Part shown: positions 1-8,760 of the stretch, piece after piece | Layout: each line of letters opens with the position of its first letter | Position numbering within the stretch: position 1 is the stretch's first letter | Origin: a virus | Direction: 5' to 3' (one strand) | Length of the DNA: 64,000 nt | Virus record (IMG/VR): IMGVR_UViG_3300023184_000035 | Span: 84,134-148,133 of that record | Translations under genes and position numbers: made by a program | The notes under the pieces: generated by a model | The model's input: only the letters and a program-made list of their open reading frames with translations | Told to the model about the DNA's origin: nothing | The model's database searches: none

Positions 1-2
1 AA

Positions 3-176
3 GTGGCAGTGAACTTCGAAACTTTCCTGGAACAGTGCAACATGTGCGGTGCCGAGTACTACTACATCATGGAAGATGGTCAGTGGTACTATGGTAGCAT
101 GCACGAAAGCGATCCTTTCTACAAGCGCCTGGTGTTGTTGAGTGACGCACTGGAATCTGAAACGGTTGACCAATAA
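3..176 (+). CDS. Partial hypothetical phage protein (5' truncated by window edge)
   Basis: Open frame from the window start to TAA at 174-176 (…GAEYYYIMEDGQWYYG…ETVDQ*). Confidence 0.6.
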   Translation: MAVNFETFLEQCNMCGAEYYYIMEDGQWYYGSMHESDPFYKRLVLLSDALESETVDQ

Positions 177-194
177 TTCCCAAAGTGCTATAAT
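166..194 (+). promoter_or_regulatory. sigma70-type early promoter
   Basis: TTGACC-N17-TATAAT followed by AAGGAG RBS and ATG 225. Confidence 0.85.
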
Positions 195-224
195 ACGAAC
201 ATACAAAGCAAAAAGGAGTTGACA

Positions 225-449
225 ATGCAAGACGCACAAGAGATCTATTACGGCATGTTTACAGATGCTGGCAATCAAGAAGTTGCCGCTATTGTAAAAC
301 ACGCCAAGGCAAAACAACTTACGTGGGCACAGACTTACAAACTGTTGTCACAGTTGGCAATGGTTTCAGATTATGCTGAAGCCCTGGACACCATGGTGCG
401 TGAGATGGTGTATGACGCAATCGGCGCTGATGGCCCTTTTTACATCTAA
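225..449 (+). CDS. Hypothetical protein
   Basis: ORF with AAGGAG RBS downstream of a promoter. Confidence 0.75.
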   Translation: MQDAQEIYYGMFTDAGNQEVAAIVKHAKAKQLTWAQTYKLLSQLAMVSDYAEALDTMVREMVYDAIGADGPFYI

Positions 450-456
450 GGAGACG

Positions 457-651
457 ATGATGAAAATACGCAACGAATATTTGTGGCTGGTACTGTTGGT
501 GGCTGTGATTGCAGGTGGTCCGCTGTTGAGCATCTGGGCCTTGAATACACTGTTTCCTGTGTTGGCTATTCCTTACACCCTAGAGACCTGGGCCGCAATG
601 GCCTTGGTTGGTGGCGTATTTCAAAGTTTGAAAATTGGTAAGAAAGACTGA
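457..651 (+). CDS. Small membrane protein
   Basis: TAAGGAG RBS; two hydrophobic segments. Confidence 0.7.
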   Translation: MMKIRNEYLWLVLLVAVIAGGPLLSIWALNTLFPVLAIPYTLETWAAMALVGGVFQSLKIGKKD

Positions 652-652
652 T

Positions 653-1420
653 ATGTTTGTAGATGTCTCTAACATGACAGCCCGCGAAATACAACGCCTG
701 GGCCACGAGGACGATGAGGGGCCTGTGCAACGCCGGTGGAAGCCACGTACTACTGCCGGTGGTGGGCATCGTGGCTACAGTGTAAGCGATGTGTGGGGTG
801 CCGCATGTCATGCACAATGCATCAACGGTGTGTACGTCAAAGAAGATTTATGGGAATGGCCCTCAGAGTCAGCAACTGCTATGCAACTCAAACGCAAAAG
901 CAATCGCAACATCATGATGGATGCATTAGAAAATCCTTTCATGATCACAGACGAAGATCGCTCAGCAGGCGAGCAGTGCATGAAGTTCATTTCTAATGAC
1001 ATGACGTTCCGCGCACTGCAAAACAAACTCACAGACTTTGACCGCAGTGTGATGAAGATCACTGCTGTGACAGATCGATTCTTTCCGCAGGCGCATAAAT
1101 TAGAATTGGCCACTGTGGCTTGTTTGCCCAACAGTCATCAACGTGCCCTGACACGCATTGCGGAACAGGACAGACTCAATCAGACTGCTGGTTATATAGG
1201 TGCTGTGGGCGACAAGGTCACCATCAACGTGGACATTGTTCGCTGTGTATTCAGTCAGAAGTGGAACACCTACTACGCAACTGGTATCACCAGCAACAAT
1301 GAAACAGTGTTCTTTTCCATCCGTGAACCGCTAAACACAGGCACCTTGCTGTCAGTGCAGGGCACTGTGAAAGCGCACCGGGATGGACAGACTCAACTCA
1401 ACCGCGTGAAGGTGCTATGA
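653..1420 (+). CDS. Hypothetical protein with probable C-terminal OB-fold
   Basis: C-terminal YIGAVGDKV…V.GTVKAH…TQLNRVK pattern typical of OB-fold nucleic-acid-binding domains. Confidence 0.6.
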   Translation: MFVDVSNMTAREIQRLGHEDDEGPVQRRWKPRTTAGGGHRGYSVSDVWGAACHAQCINGVYVKEDLWEWPSESATAMQLKRKSNRNIMMDALENPFMITDEDRSAGEQCMKFISNDMTFRALQNKLTDFDRSVMKITAVTDRFFPQAHKLELATVACLPNSHQRALTRIAEQDRLNQTAGYIGAVGDKVTINVDIVRCVFSQKWNTYYATGITSNNETVFFSIREPLNTGTLLSVQGTVKAHRDGQTQLNRVKVL

Positions 1421-1554
1421 GATTGGTGTTGGTTGTGTTTGCGTTGACAGGGTGTAGTGTGTTTCACGACGCCCGAGATGAATTCAAGAAAGAAGTAACT
1501 GGTGTTCAATCAGAATTTGCTAGACTTTACAACAAGGAGAACTCAAATGAGTAA
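1417..1554 (+). CDS. Small lipoprotein (45 aa; below ORF-track cutoff)
   Basis: MRLVLVVFALTGC lipobox; ATGA overlap with upstream stop. Confidence 0.65.
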   Translation: MRLVLVVFALTGCSVFHDARDEFKKEVTGVQSEFARLYNKENSNE

Positions 1555-1675
1555 GATTTTAATTGGTTTTGTGTTGGGATTGATTGTGGCTAGTGTGGGC
1601 TTCTCGGGCATTGCCCGAATTGCCGACCGAGGTGTCCAAACCATCCAAACACAGAGCAAAGAATTGGCCCAGTAA
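1547..1675 (+). CDS. Small membrane protein (42 aa)
   Basis: AAGGAG RBS; MSKILIGFVLGLIVASVGFSGIA hydrophobic N-terminus. Confidence 0.65.
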   Translation: MSKILIGFVLGLIVASVGFSGIARIADRGVQTIQTQSKELAQ

Positions 1676-1711
1676 ATTGGGCAAATCAAATCTAAATTGT
1701 GCAAAAAGTGG

Positions 1712-1740
1712 TTGACACAGATACCGTTTTGTTGTATAAT
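1712..1740 (+). promoter_or_regulatory. sigma70 consensus promoter
   Basis: TTGACA-N17-TATAAT perfect consensus. Confidence 0.9.
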
Positions 1741-1804
1741 TTGGATATGCTGAAGCACAGCATGTTTCGTAATTTAACTTTAGGCAACTCAGAAAGGCAA
1801 CAAA

Positions 1805-2161
1805 ATGTCAAATGACAAACTCTTTACCGTAGCAGGCACCGCAACTCACAAAGGCGTGACCAAGGTACGCTTTGCAAACGACTTGGTGGCTCGCATCAAG
1901 ATCCTGGCCAAGGCCGGCGCAACTGATGTCAACTTGGTGGAACTGCCCCAAGCTATGACCAAACTGCAAGCACTCAAGTACTTGCAAGAACAAGGTATCA
2001 CTGCTGGTGATGCTGGCTTTGCTGTGGCCAACAAACTGGCTGAGAAAAGCAAAGTGGCCAAGAAAGGCGAAGTCAAAGTGTCTGCAAGCGGCACCAAGGC
2101 CAAGTCTAAAACTGCTCCTGCAACTGTTCGATCAGATGCAGTTGAAAGCACCAACGCCTAA
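1805..2161 (+). CDS. Basic hypothetical protein
   Basis: 118 aa, Lys/Ala-rich C-terminus, own promoter and terminator. Confidence 0.8.
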   Translation: MSNDKLFTVAGTATHKGVTKVRFANDLVARIKILAKAGATDVNLVELPQAMTKLQALKYLQEQGITAGDAGFAVANKLAEKSKVAKKGEVKVSASGTKAKSKTAPATVRSDAVESTNA

Positions 2162-2179
2162 TACAAACAGGCTCCCAAC

Positions 2180-2204
2180 AACGCCGTCAATGACGGCGTT
2201 TTTT
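2180..2204 (+). terminator. Intrinsic terminator
   Basis: AACGCCGTC-AAT-GACGGCGTT hairpin followed by T-run. Confidence 0.85.
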
Positions 2205-2233
2205 ATTGACTCGTCAATCGAGATAATTACTGT

Positions 2234-2494
2234 ATGCTGGAATTTGAAGATGACCCCATTTACGAATACGCCAAGACTGTGATGTTTCAAATCATGACAG
2301 TGCTGTACATGAACGGACGCACAGAAGCACACGTGGGTGCCATAATGCGGCTGTTGGGTGTGGATGAAGACCATGCTAGACTGCATGATGATGAACGCAT
2401 TGAGCTGGACGAAAATTTTGCCCGGATGGCTGCGGAATTAAATATGAATGAGCTTGTGTCTGCTCAAGTCCCCCAAGGAACCACAATCCATTAA
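2234..2494 (+). CDS. Hypothetical protein
   Basis: ORF; TAATTA 4 nt upstream of ATG. Confidence 0.7.
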   Translation: MLEFEDDPIYEYAKTVMFQIMTVLYMNGRTEAHVGAIMRLLGVDEDHARLHDDERIELDENFARMAAELNMNELVSAQVPQGTTIH

Positions 2495-2739
2495 TGTCTA
2501 TCCCCACATACCGTGCAGTTGAACCACTGTACATTGTGATGTTGCGCAACAACCAAGCTGAGCCCATGTTCAAGACTTGGATACGCCGACATCAAATTGA
2601 ACATGCCAATGTCACTGGCAACCGAATGATGCTTCATCACCAGCAAGCCTTTGATCGATTTCTTGTGACATGGACACATGAGTGGACTGCCATCACTGTG
2701 TGGGACACTTGGAACCGCAGACACATCTACATGGACTAG
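2494..2739 (+). CDS. Hypothetical protein
   Basis: ORF coupled by TAATG overlap. Confidence 0.7.
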   Translation: MSIPTYRAVEPLYIVMLRNNQAEPMFKTWIRRHQIEHANVTGNRMMLHHQQAFDRFLVTWTHEWTAITVWDTWNRRHIYMD

Positions 2740-2767
2740 GCAGGAGTGCCAAATTCCTGTGTTTTTC

Positions 2768-2796
2768 TTGACATGCTGTGATAATGCATGTATAAT
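2768..2796 (+). promoter_or_regulatory. sigma70 consensus promoter
   Basis: TTGACA-N17-TATAAT perfect consensus. Confidence 0.9.
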
Positions 2797-2821
2797 TACT
2801 ATTCATAACAAAGGAGTCATA

Positions 2822-3013
2822 ATGACCAATCATGAACAAATCGTAGCCGCTTACGACACATACATTGCGGAAAATGAAAAATTCACAGCCAAGGGTGTGA
2901 AAGCCGCGGCTGCCCGTGCTAGAAAAGCCTTGCAAGAAATGACCAAAGGTATCAAAGAGCGCAGAAAAGAAATCACAGCAGAGAAAGAAGCACTTGCGGC
3001 AGCACCCAAGTAA
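2822..3013 (+). CDS. Histone H1-like (Hc1 N-terminal-like) small DNA-binding protein
   Basis: AAGGAG RBS; KGVKAAAARARKAL…RKE resembles the KGNKAAAQRVR motif of Hc1-family proteins. Confidence 0.6.
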   Translation: MTNHEQIVAAYDTYIAENEKFTAKGVKAAAARARKALQEMTKGIKERRKEITAEKEALAAAPK

Positions 3014-3026
3014 CGCTCAGCCTGAG

Positions 3027-3179
3027 ATGCAGGAGTTACATTCGTGGCCCTTGCATCTCACTGCCGACTTGCGGCAGCGACTGTTGGATGATAAAATGCG
3101 TCGAGCCCAGCATTACTGGCAGGCGCAGGAAAAAATCCGCAGTGCCAAAAATCCACAAAATCATGGCAATCACAACTGA
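3027..3179 (+). CDS. Possible small hypothetical protein
   Basis: Short ORF filling the gap between neighbours; weak RBS. Confidence 0.35.
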   Translation: MQELHSWPLHLTADLRQRLLDDKMRRAQHYWQAQEKIRSAKNPQNHGNHN

Positions 3180-3651
3180 TCAAATTCCCACCATAACCAT
3201 AGATGAACTAAGCGATCATCTCGATCATCTAACCAGTGGCGTCAGCACCGACACCATAACCTGGGGCAACAGCTCAATCTGGAGCACAACCGGAACAGTG
3301 GTACCGGGCTATGGTGCTGCTATTGGTGGTCAAAATGCTTACACCTACGCAACCAATACCACTAGCCCTTGGATTAGCGTTAGCAATGGTGGCACTGGGT
3401 CAATCAACCCCAGTGCCAGCATAGAAATCAAAGGCGAAGACGCTGACATCAAGATCAATGGCAAAAGCATGGTGACCTGGATGGAGGCGGTAGAAGAACG
3501 ACTTAACATACTCACACCCAATCCTGAACTGGAAAAAGACTGGGATGACTTGCGCAGACTGGGGCAACGCTACAGAGCCTTGGAAAAGAAATGCAAGGAA
3601 AAAGCACAGATGTGGGCGGCCTTGAAAAAAGTACAACCTCGACAACCATGA
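3163..3651 (+). CDS. Hypothetical protein
   Basis: Thr/Gly-rich N half, helical C-terminus (IEIKGEDADIKING…ERLNIL). Confidence 0.7.
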   Translation: MAITTDQIPTITIDELSDHLDHLTSGVSTDTITWGNSSIWSTTGTVVPGYGAAIGGQNAYTYATNTTSPWISVSNGGTGSINPSASIEIKGEDADIKINGKSMVTWMEAVEERLNILTPNPELEKDWDDLRRLGQRYRALEKKCKEKAQMWAALKKVQPRQP

Positions 3652-5033
3652 GCACATGGGCAGAGTTTTACAATCAAATCCGAGATCCTGCATGGCCTGA
3701 CTGCAAACAAGAACATCAGTTCTCACAACTACCCGAACATATTCAAAAAGAATGCTGTGAAGTATTTGGGTATGTTCCGGGTGCATTTAAAAAACAATCC
3801 AAGCTGCCCAATCGGGTGTTTCCAATCAACACAGCAACAGCTTGTCAGTTAAAATGGAACTGGAGCACAATATATCTTACCACAGAAGACACAGCCAGTT
3901 GTCATAGAACCACTCATCATAAATTTGACACTGACACGTTTGATTTTCACAACACGCCTAGTAAATTGCAAGACCGGCGGCACATGTTGGCGGGCAAATG
4001 GCCCGAACATGGTTGCGAATACTGTCGTGATATAGAGCAGGCAGGTGGACAAAGCGATCGTATTACCAATTTGGACTTCCCAGGTATACATGCGCCTCCT
4101 GAGCTAGATCAAGATCCTGTGGCGGTTGATGTTACTCCTCGTATACTAGAAGTATATTTCGACAACACTTGCAATTTAAAATGCCTGTACTGTGGTCCTC
4201 ACTTTAGCAGTCTGTGGGACGCTGAAAACATTCGACATGGCGCTGGGGCATTTGCCAAGAGTGCCAATATTGAAAGCAACAAACAAAAGATATTTTCTTG
4301 GTTGAGGCAACATGGGCACAACCTTACAGTGTTCAATATTTTAGGTGGCGAGCCACTGTATCAAGACGAACTTGATCAATGCTTGGATTTATTTGAGCAG
4401 CATCCTGCACCCGAACTTAAATTACAAATATTTACAAATCTCAATGCCAAGTTGAGTCGTGTAAAAAATTTAGTTGAACGTGTTAAACAATTGATTGATC
4501 AGAACAAACTGAGAGAATTTGAAATAACTGCCAGTTTGGATTGCTGGGGTACACCGCAAGAATATGTGCGATACCCATTGGATCTCTCTGTATGGGAAAA
4601 GAACTTTGAATACTTGGTAGACCAACCTTGGATAAATTTAATTATTAACTCCACAGTGACACCACTCACTGTAAAAACTCTACCTGATTTACTGCAAAGA
4701 ATAAATCAGTGGAGTACAACTAGAAAAATATATCACTATCAAAATTCTGTCAACGGCCCCAGTTACATGTTTATTGACATATTTGGCGGAATTTTTCAAA
4801 ATGATTTTGATCAAGCCCTGGCCATCAAGCCAACTAATACTCCAGAAGAACAATCTAGTACTCAGTACTTGAAAGGCATTGCACAACAAAGTTTGCATCG
4901 TGGCCCCAACGTGCCTGAAATAAAAAAACTTTTTAATTTTTTAAACGAAAATGATCGTCGACGTAATACCAGCTGGTCCACGGTGTTTCCTTGGCTGGTT
5001 GAAGAATTTGTCAAATATGATCTAAAAATTTGA
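3648..5033 (+). CDS. Radical SAM protein
   Basis: CNLKCLYC motif, GGEP motif, extra Cys (C..CH…CEYC) for an auxiliary cluster. Confidence 0.9.
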   Translation: MSTWAEFYNQIRDPAWPDCKQEHQFSQLPEHIQKECCEVFGYVPGAFKKQSKLPNRVFPINTATACQLKWNWSTIYLTTEDTASCHRTTHHKFDTDTFDFHNTPSKLQDRRHMLAGKWPEHGCEYCRDIEQAGGQSDRITNLDFPGIHAPPELDQDPVAVDVTPRILEVYFDNTCNLKCLYCGPHFSSLWDAENIRHGAGAFAKSANIESNKQKIFSWLRQHGHNLTVFNILGGEPLYQDELDQCLDLFEQHPAPELKLQIFTNLNAKLSRVKNLVERVKQLIDQNKLREFEITASLDCWGTPQEYVRYPLDLSVWEKNFEYLVDQPWINLIINSTVTPLTVKTLPDLLQRINQWSTTRKIYHYQNSVNGPSYMFIDIFGGIFQNDFDQALAIKPTNTPEEQSSTQYLKGIAQQSLHRGPNVPEIKKLFNFLNENDRRRNTSWSTVFPWLVEEFVKYDLKI

Positions 5034-5058
5034 CACACAATACAAATCATTATATAAT
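5030..5058 (+). promoter_or_regulatory. sigma70 consensus promoter (nadE, likely leaderless)
   Basis: TTGACA-N17-TATAAT; ATG only 6 nt after the -10. Confidence 0.85.
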
Positions 5059-5064
5059 GCTATT

Positions 5065-5877
5065 ATGATACCCAAAACACCTAAACAACGCATCAAACAC
5101 ATCGTCAAGTGGATCCAAGACTATGCTCGCAAAGCAAAGATTAATACCTTGGTGGTGGGTATTTCAGGCGGCATTGACAGCTCAGTTGTGAGTGCCTTGT
5201 GTGCTCGAACTGGCTTGAAAACCATTGTGGTACAAATGCCCATTCGCCAGAATAAGAAACTGGACAACTTGAGTTCAGCACACGCAGGCTGGCTGTTGAA
5301 TCATGTGCCCAGCTTCAGCATCACGCACATGATCATGGATTTGACCCCAGTGTTCACAGCATTTGAGAAAAAGCTCACACCTTTTGGCGACAGTGAACTG
5401 GCATTTGCCAACAGCAGAGCCCGACTGCGCATGATGACCCTGTATCAAATTGCACAGAGTCATGGTGGCATTGTGGTGGGCACAGGCAACAAAGTGGAAG
5501 ATTTTGGCGTGGGATTCTTTACCAAGTACGGTGACGGTGGAGTGGATATCTCTCCCATTGGTGACTGTTTGAAAACTGAAGTCTGGGACATGGGACGAGA
5601 ACTTGGCTTGCTCCAGGAGATCATCGATGCCCCGCCCACCGACGGACTCTGGGCCGATGACCGTAACGACGAAGATCAACTGGGCATGAACTACCCTGAA
5701 CTGGAACGCATGATGAGCATTGACTTTTTGAAGCGAGCCAAGATCGTGGATTCAGACATGCCTGGCAGCGCCAAACTCAATGCTGACGATCGAAAAAAAT
5801 TAAAACGTTATCAAGAACTACGTGCTCAGAACATGCACAAGATGATGTCTATCCCTGTTTGTACAATGCCCCGTTAA
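5065..5877 (+). CDS. nadE: NH3-dependent NAD+ synthetase
   Basis: SGGIDS PP-loop, ARLRM, GTGNKVE, FFTKYGDGGVD, PTDGLW…DEDQLG motifs. Confidence 0.95.
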   Translation: MIPKTPKQRIKHIVKWIQDYARKAKINTLVVGISGGIDSSVVSALCARTGLKTIVVQMPIRQNKKLDNLSSAHAGWLLNHVPSFSITHMIMDLTPVFTAFEKKLTPFGDSELAFANSRARLRMMTLYQIAQSHGGIVVGTGNKVEDFGVGFFTKYGDGGVDISPIGDCLKTEVWDMGRELGLLQEIIDAPPTDGLWADDRNDEDQLGMNYPELERMMSIDFLKRAKIVDSDMPGSAKLNADDRKKLKRYQELRAQNMHKMMSIPVCTMPR

Positions 5878-5949
5878 CTACAATGTTAATGGCAAAAACA
5901 CACCATTTTGACAGTTTTTTGACAGCCTTACAGCTAGATCAAATAAGTA

Positions 5950-6260
5950 AAAGTGGTGGTAGAACAACACATTGCAATCTAATAGGATCTTCTACTGCTG
6001 ATTGGTATCTTGTCCAATTGAATAAAACAAGTACCCGTGACACCAAAAGAGGTTTGTCCAAGCCAAATTGGTGTTCGAAAGAGACTCTCGGAAAGTCTCT
6101 TCGTTGACAACTAGAATTGGACAGGCTCATTTCTCAGGACGCGAGCTTGTCCCAAACGAGTATGCCAAGGAGGCCCGAGGTCTATCTATGCTCATCTCAA
6201 CTGCACTTTTGTCAACGTGATCTACTCGGGACTCCGCGTATAGCCACGTATTGGCAAGAA
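5950..6260 (+). ncRNA. Candidate structured RNA / cis-regulatory leader of sleB
   Basis: ~390-nt non-coding gap in a dense genome with multiple helices and long-range complementarities (see findings). Confidence 0.5.
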
Positions 6261-6271
6261 AAGGAAATCAA

Positions 6272-6847
6272 ATGAAAGTTAATACAAATCGGCCCAATGC
6301 ATTGGCATCGTGGTCATCTCGAGTTATCAAACTACTGGGACTGTTTTTGGTCATGCTGGTGGTTTGGAATGTGTGCCAAAGCAGATTGGCCTCACTACGA
6401 AGCGACCGGGCAGCCGGCATGGTGGGCTATGTGTCAGCAGAAGACAAATTACGACAATTGGATTGCCTAACCCGCAACATCTACTGGGAAGCAGCCTCAG
6501 AGCCGTTTGAGGGCAAAGTGGCAGTGGCGCAGGTCACGTTAAATAGAGTAGAGAGCGGCAGATTTGCCAACACTGTGTGCGGTGTGGTCTATCAAAAGAA
6601 CGTGTTCTATGAAAAGGTAGTTTGCCAATTCTCGTGGTTCTGCGAAGGCAATCACAAGGTCCGAGCAGTGTATCAGCCCATGTGGCAAGAAAGCGAACTA
6701 GTGGCCAAAAAAGTACTATTGGAGAACTTCCGATTGCCCGGCATGAAAAATGCGTTATACTATCATGCTGACTATGTAAATCCCAACTGGCACAAAGCCC
6801 GAATTGACAAAATTGGTCGTCACATCTTTTATGGAGAAAAATCATGA
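6272..6847 (+). CDS. Cell wall hydrolase, SleB/Hydrolase_2 family
   Basis: N-terminal TM; CL..NIYWEA..EP..GK.AVAQV.LNRV, CQFSW, YYHADYV.P.W, IGRHIFY. Confidence 0.92.
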   Translation: MKVNTNRPNALASWSSRVIKLLGLFLVMLVVWNVCQSRLASLRSDRAAGMVGYVSAEDKLRQLDCLTRNIYWEAASEPFEGKVAVAQVTLNRVESGRFANTVCGVVYQKNVFYEKVVCQFSWFCEGNHKVRAVYQPMWQESELVAKKVLLENFRLPGMKNALYYHADYVNPNWHKARIDKIGRHIFYGEKS

Positions 6848-7155
6848 ACGCCTGGCCCTTTAACTTACAAATTGTTCGAGACTTTTTGAACAATCACCTG
6901 CACAAAATTTCAGCAGACACCCTGGGCTGGTTGGCAGCCATTGTGTTGCACTGTGCCACAATTCCTTCACTGCTGGCCTTGATGACTGGACTGAGTGATC
7001 GAGTGCCCAGCCTGGATGTGGTGGCGTTTCTTTGGGCAGGCCTAGTACTGCTGTTCCTGCGAGCCATTGTGCTCAAAGATACCCTGAACATCATCACAAT
7101 TGGTCTGGGGTTTATAGTGCAAGCCGGGCTCATGGCCCTGATCCTGTTTAGGTAA
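6844..7155 (+). CDS. Membrane protein (3 TM)
   Basis: Hydrophobic segments; ATGA overlap. Confidence 0.75.
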   Translation: MNAWPFNLQIVRDFLNNHLHKISADTLGWLAAIVLHCATIPSLLALMTGLSDRVPSLDVVAFLWAGLVLLFLRAIVLKDTLNIITIGLGFIVQAGLMALILFR

Positions 7156-7168
7156 TACTTCAGTAGTA

Positions 7169-7197
7169 TTGACCAATAATTGCAATCCTGCTATAAT
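7169..7197 (+). promoter_or_regulatory. sigma70-type early promoter
   Basis: TTGACC-N17-TATAAT; shares TTGACCAATAATT…TGCTATAATAC with the promoter at 166. Confidence 0.85.
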
Positions 7198-7228
7198 ACA
7201 GCATGATTAGCAACTCTGGAGTACTGCA

Positions 7229-7621
7229 ATGACCATGCATCTTGAAGGCCCATGGCTCAGCATGAGCGGCAAAAAGCGCGGCAAAGTAAAGTTTCGCAAC
7301 GCTGAAGAAGCCCGACGTGCTAGAGAACTTGATGAGTCATGGCGAGAACTGCTGAAACGTCAAGGCGTGGAAGCAGAGCAAAAGCGTCAGACTCGTGCTA
7401 TGACAGCACCCCCACTAGATTACAAGCTGACCACACCCGTGGGTCGTACCAACACACATCACATTCCCAGCCGTGACACAGGTGGCAACGCCACACTGGC
7501 CGCACCCAAAGTTTACACAGGTACCAAGGTCAAGGGCATTGCTACCATGCACAAGTCAAATGCTGTGCCGGTGTTCTCGGACGAGGAGGCAGTAGAAATT
7601 TCAAGGATGCGCCGTGGCTAA
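7229..7621 (+). CDS. Conserved phage hypothetical protein
   Basis: GGAG RBS; C-terminal YTGTKVKGIATMHKSNAVPVF motif typical of large myophages. Confidence 0.8.
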   Translation: MTMHLEGPWLSMSGKKRGKVKFRNAEEARRARELDESWRELLKRQGVEAEQKRQTRAMTAPPLDYKLTTPVGRTNTHHIPSRDTGGNATLAAPKVYTGTKVKGIATMHKSNAVPVFSDEEAVEISRMRRG

Positions 7622-7922
7622 AATTAATCGTTGCACTTATTATTTTGAACTGCTGAAAAACCGTAGTGATGGTATCAATTCTTGGAAAGCCGGTGCATAC
7701 TCAGCCGCAGGTTATGTGGGTGCATATTATGGCGGGCAAAGTAGACTGTCACATAACTGTGACAGGGTATGGATGCAAGGACCACGCGGTGGTGTCAAGA
7801 TTATAAAAGATAGAATAAACTGGTACGGCGGTATGTATGGAAGATACATCACAAACAACAAAAAAGCCATGAAAGAGTTTGCCTGGATCAAACTGTCAGC
7901 ACGGCCCTTGGAGTTAGGATGA
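7614..7922 (+). CDS. Hypothetical protein, GPRGG paralog 1
   Basis: DRVWMQGPRGGVKIIK…MKEFAWIKL shared with next gene. Confidence 0.75.
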   Translation: MAKINRCTYYFELLKNRSDGINSWKAGAYSAAGYVGAYYGGQSRLSHNCDRVWMQGPRGGVKIIKDRINWYGGMYGRYITNNKKAMKEFAWIKLSARPLELG

Positions 7923-8182
7923 CATATCATTACTACGGTGTCAAAGGTGACTTTGCATGGAAATTGGCAGTGGACAATAAATTGCGCTCAACCAATATCA
8001 ACCACGTTCCCCGACTCATGCGTGAAAGCGATCAAGTGTGGTGTCAAGGTCCACGTGGCGGTGTGCAGTTGATCAAGGGTGCATACTGGAACTACTGGGC
8101 CACATACTTGCGCCGGGATTCAGAAAAAATGAAACAGTTTACTTGGGTAAAATTACGAGCAAGGGCATTAAAACAATCATGA
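7919..8182 (+). CDS. Hypothetical protein, GPRGG paralog 2
   Basis: DQVWCQGPRGGVQLIK…MKQFTWVKL. Confidence 0.75.
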   Translation: MTYHYYGVKGDFAWKLAVDNKLRSTNINHVPRLMRESDQVWCQGPRGGVQLIKGAYWNYWATYLRRDSEKMKQFTWVKLRARALKQS

Positions 8183-8493
8183 ACTTTATAACATGGATTT
8201 TTAGACGAATCAAAAACAGTCAATCAGATTGGGTACGGGGTTATCACCGTTTGATCCTAGAGGAAACATTCCTGAGTATAGTGTTTACACTTGTGTGTGG
8301 AATTTTTTTGTATATTGTACCTGTGGGATTTCTGTTGATGCCCTACGTTGACCGTGCAGACACAGTCGTAACGATCATATGGGGTCTTGTAGCATCGGTT
8401 GTGATGTTCTATGTGTATCATTGGCTCATGGCCCTGCATGAAGTTTACCTGCTGGAAAGACAGAAAACTTGGAACGCATTGTCCAGAAAGTAA
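8179..8493 (+). CDS. Membrane protein (2 TM)
   Basis: ATGA overlap; two hydrophobic helices. Confidence 0.7.
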   Translation: MNFITWIFRRIKNSQSDWVRGYHRLILEETFLSIVFTLVCGIFLYIVPVGFLLMPYVDRADTVVTIIWGLVASVVMFYVYHWLMALHEVYLLERQKTWNALSRK

Positions 8494-8496
8494 AGT

Positions 8497-8760
8497 ATGA
8501 TCTACTACAAAATTCGCAAGAAGTCAGACCCTACTCAGTTTCGCAAAAGTGATGGCTCTTACAATAGCTCAGGCAAAGTGTATGACACCCTGGGCAAACT
8601 CAGAGCCGTTATTACCCAGCACATGAACGCTCACAATGCGTATTTTCGCGATCAACTACAAGATTGGGAGTTTGTGGAATACGAAGTAGTCGAGCGTGAA
8701 GTCCGGCAACTGGTTGATGTTGTGGACAAGAAAAAGGTCTGGGAGATACTGAAGCGATGA
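8497..8760 (+). CDS. Hypothetical protein
   Basis: ORF in operon context. Confidence 0.7.
   Translation: MIYYKIRKKSDPTQFRKSDGSYNSSGKVYDTLGKLRAVITQHMNAHNAYFRDQLQDWEFVEYEVVEREVRQLVDVVDKKKVWEILKR

Noticed and set aside
5950-6260. c-di-AMP riboswitch, tmRNA, RNase P or tRNA in the sleB leader
   Set aside because: I could not find their hallmark sequences by eye; kept only as an unassigned structured-RNA candidate.
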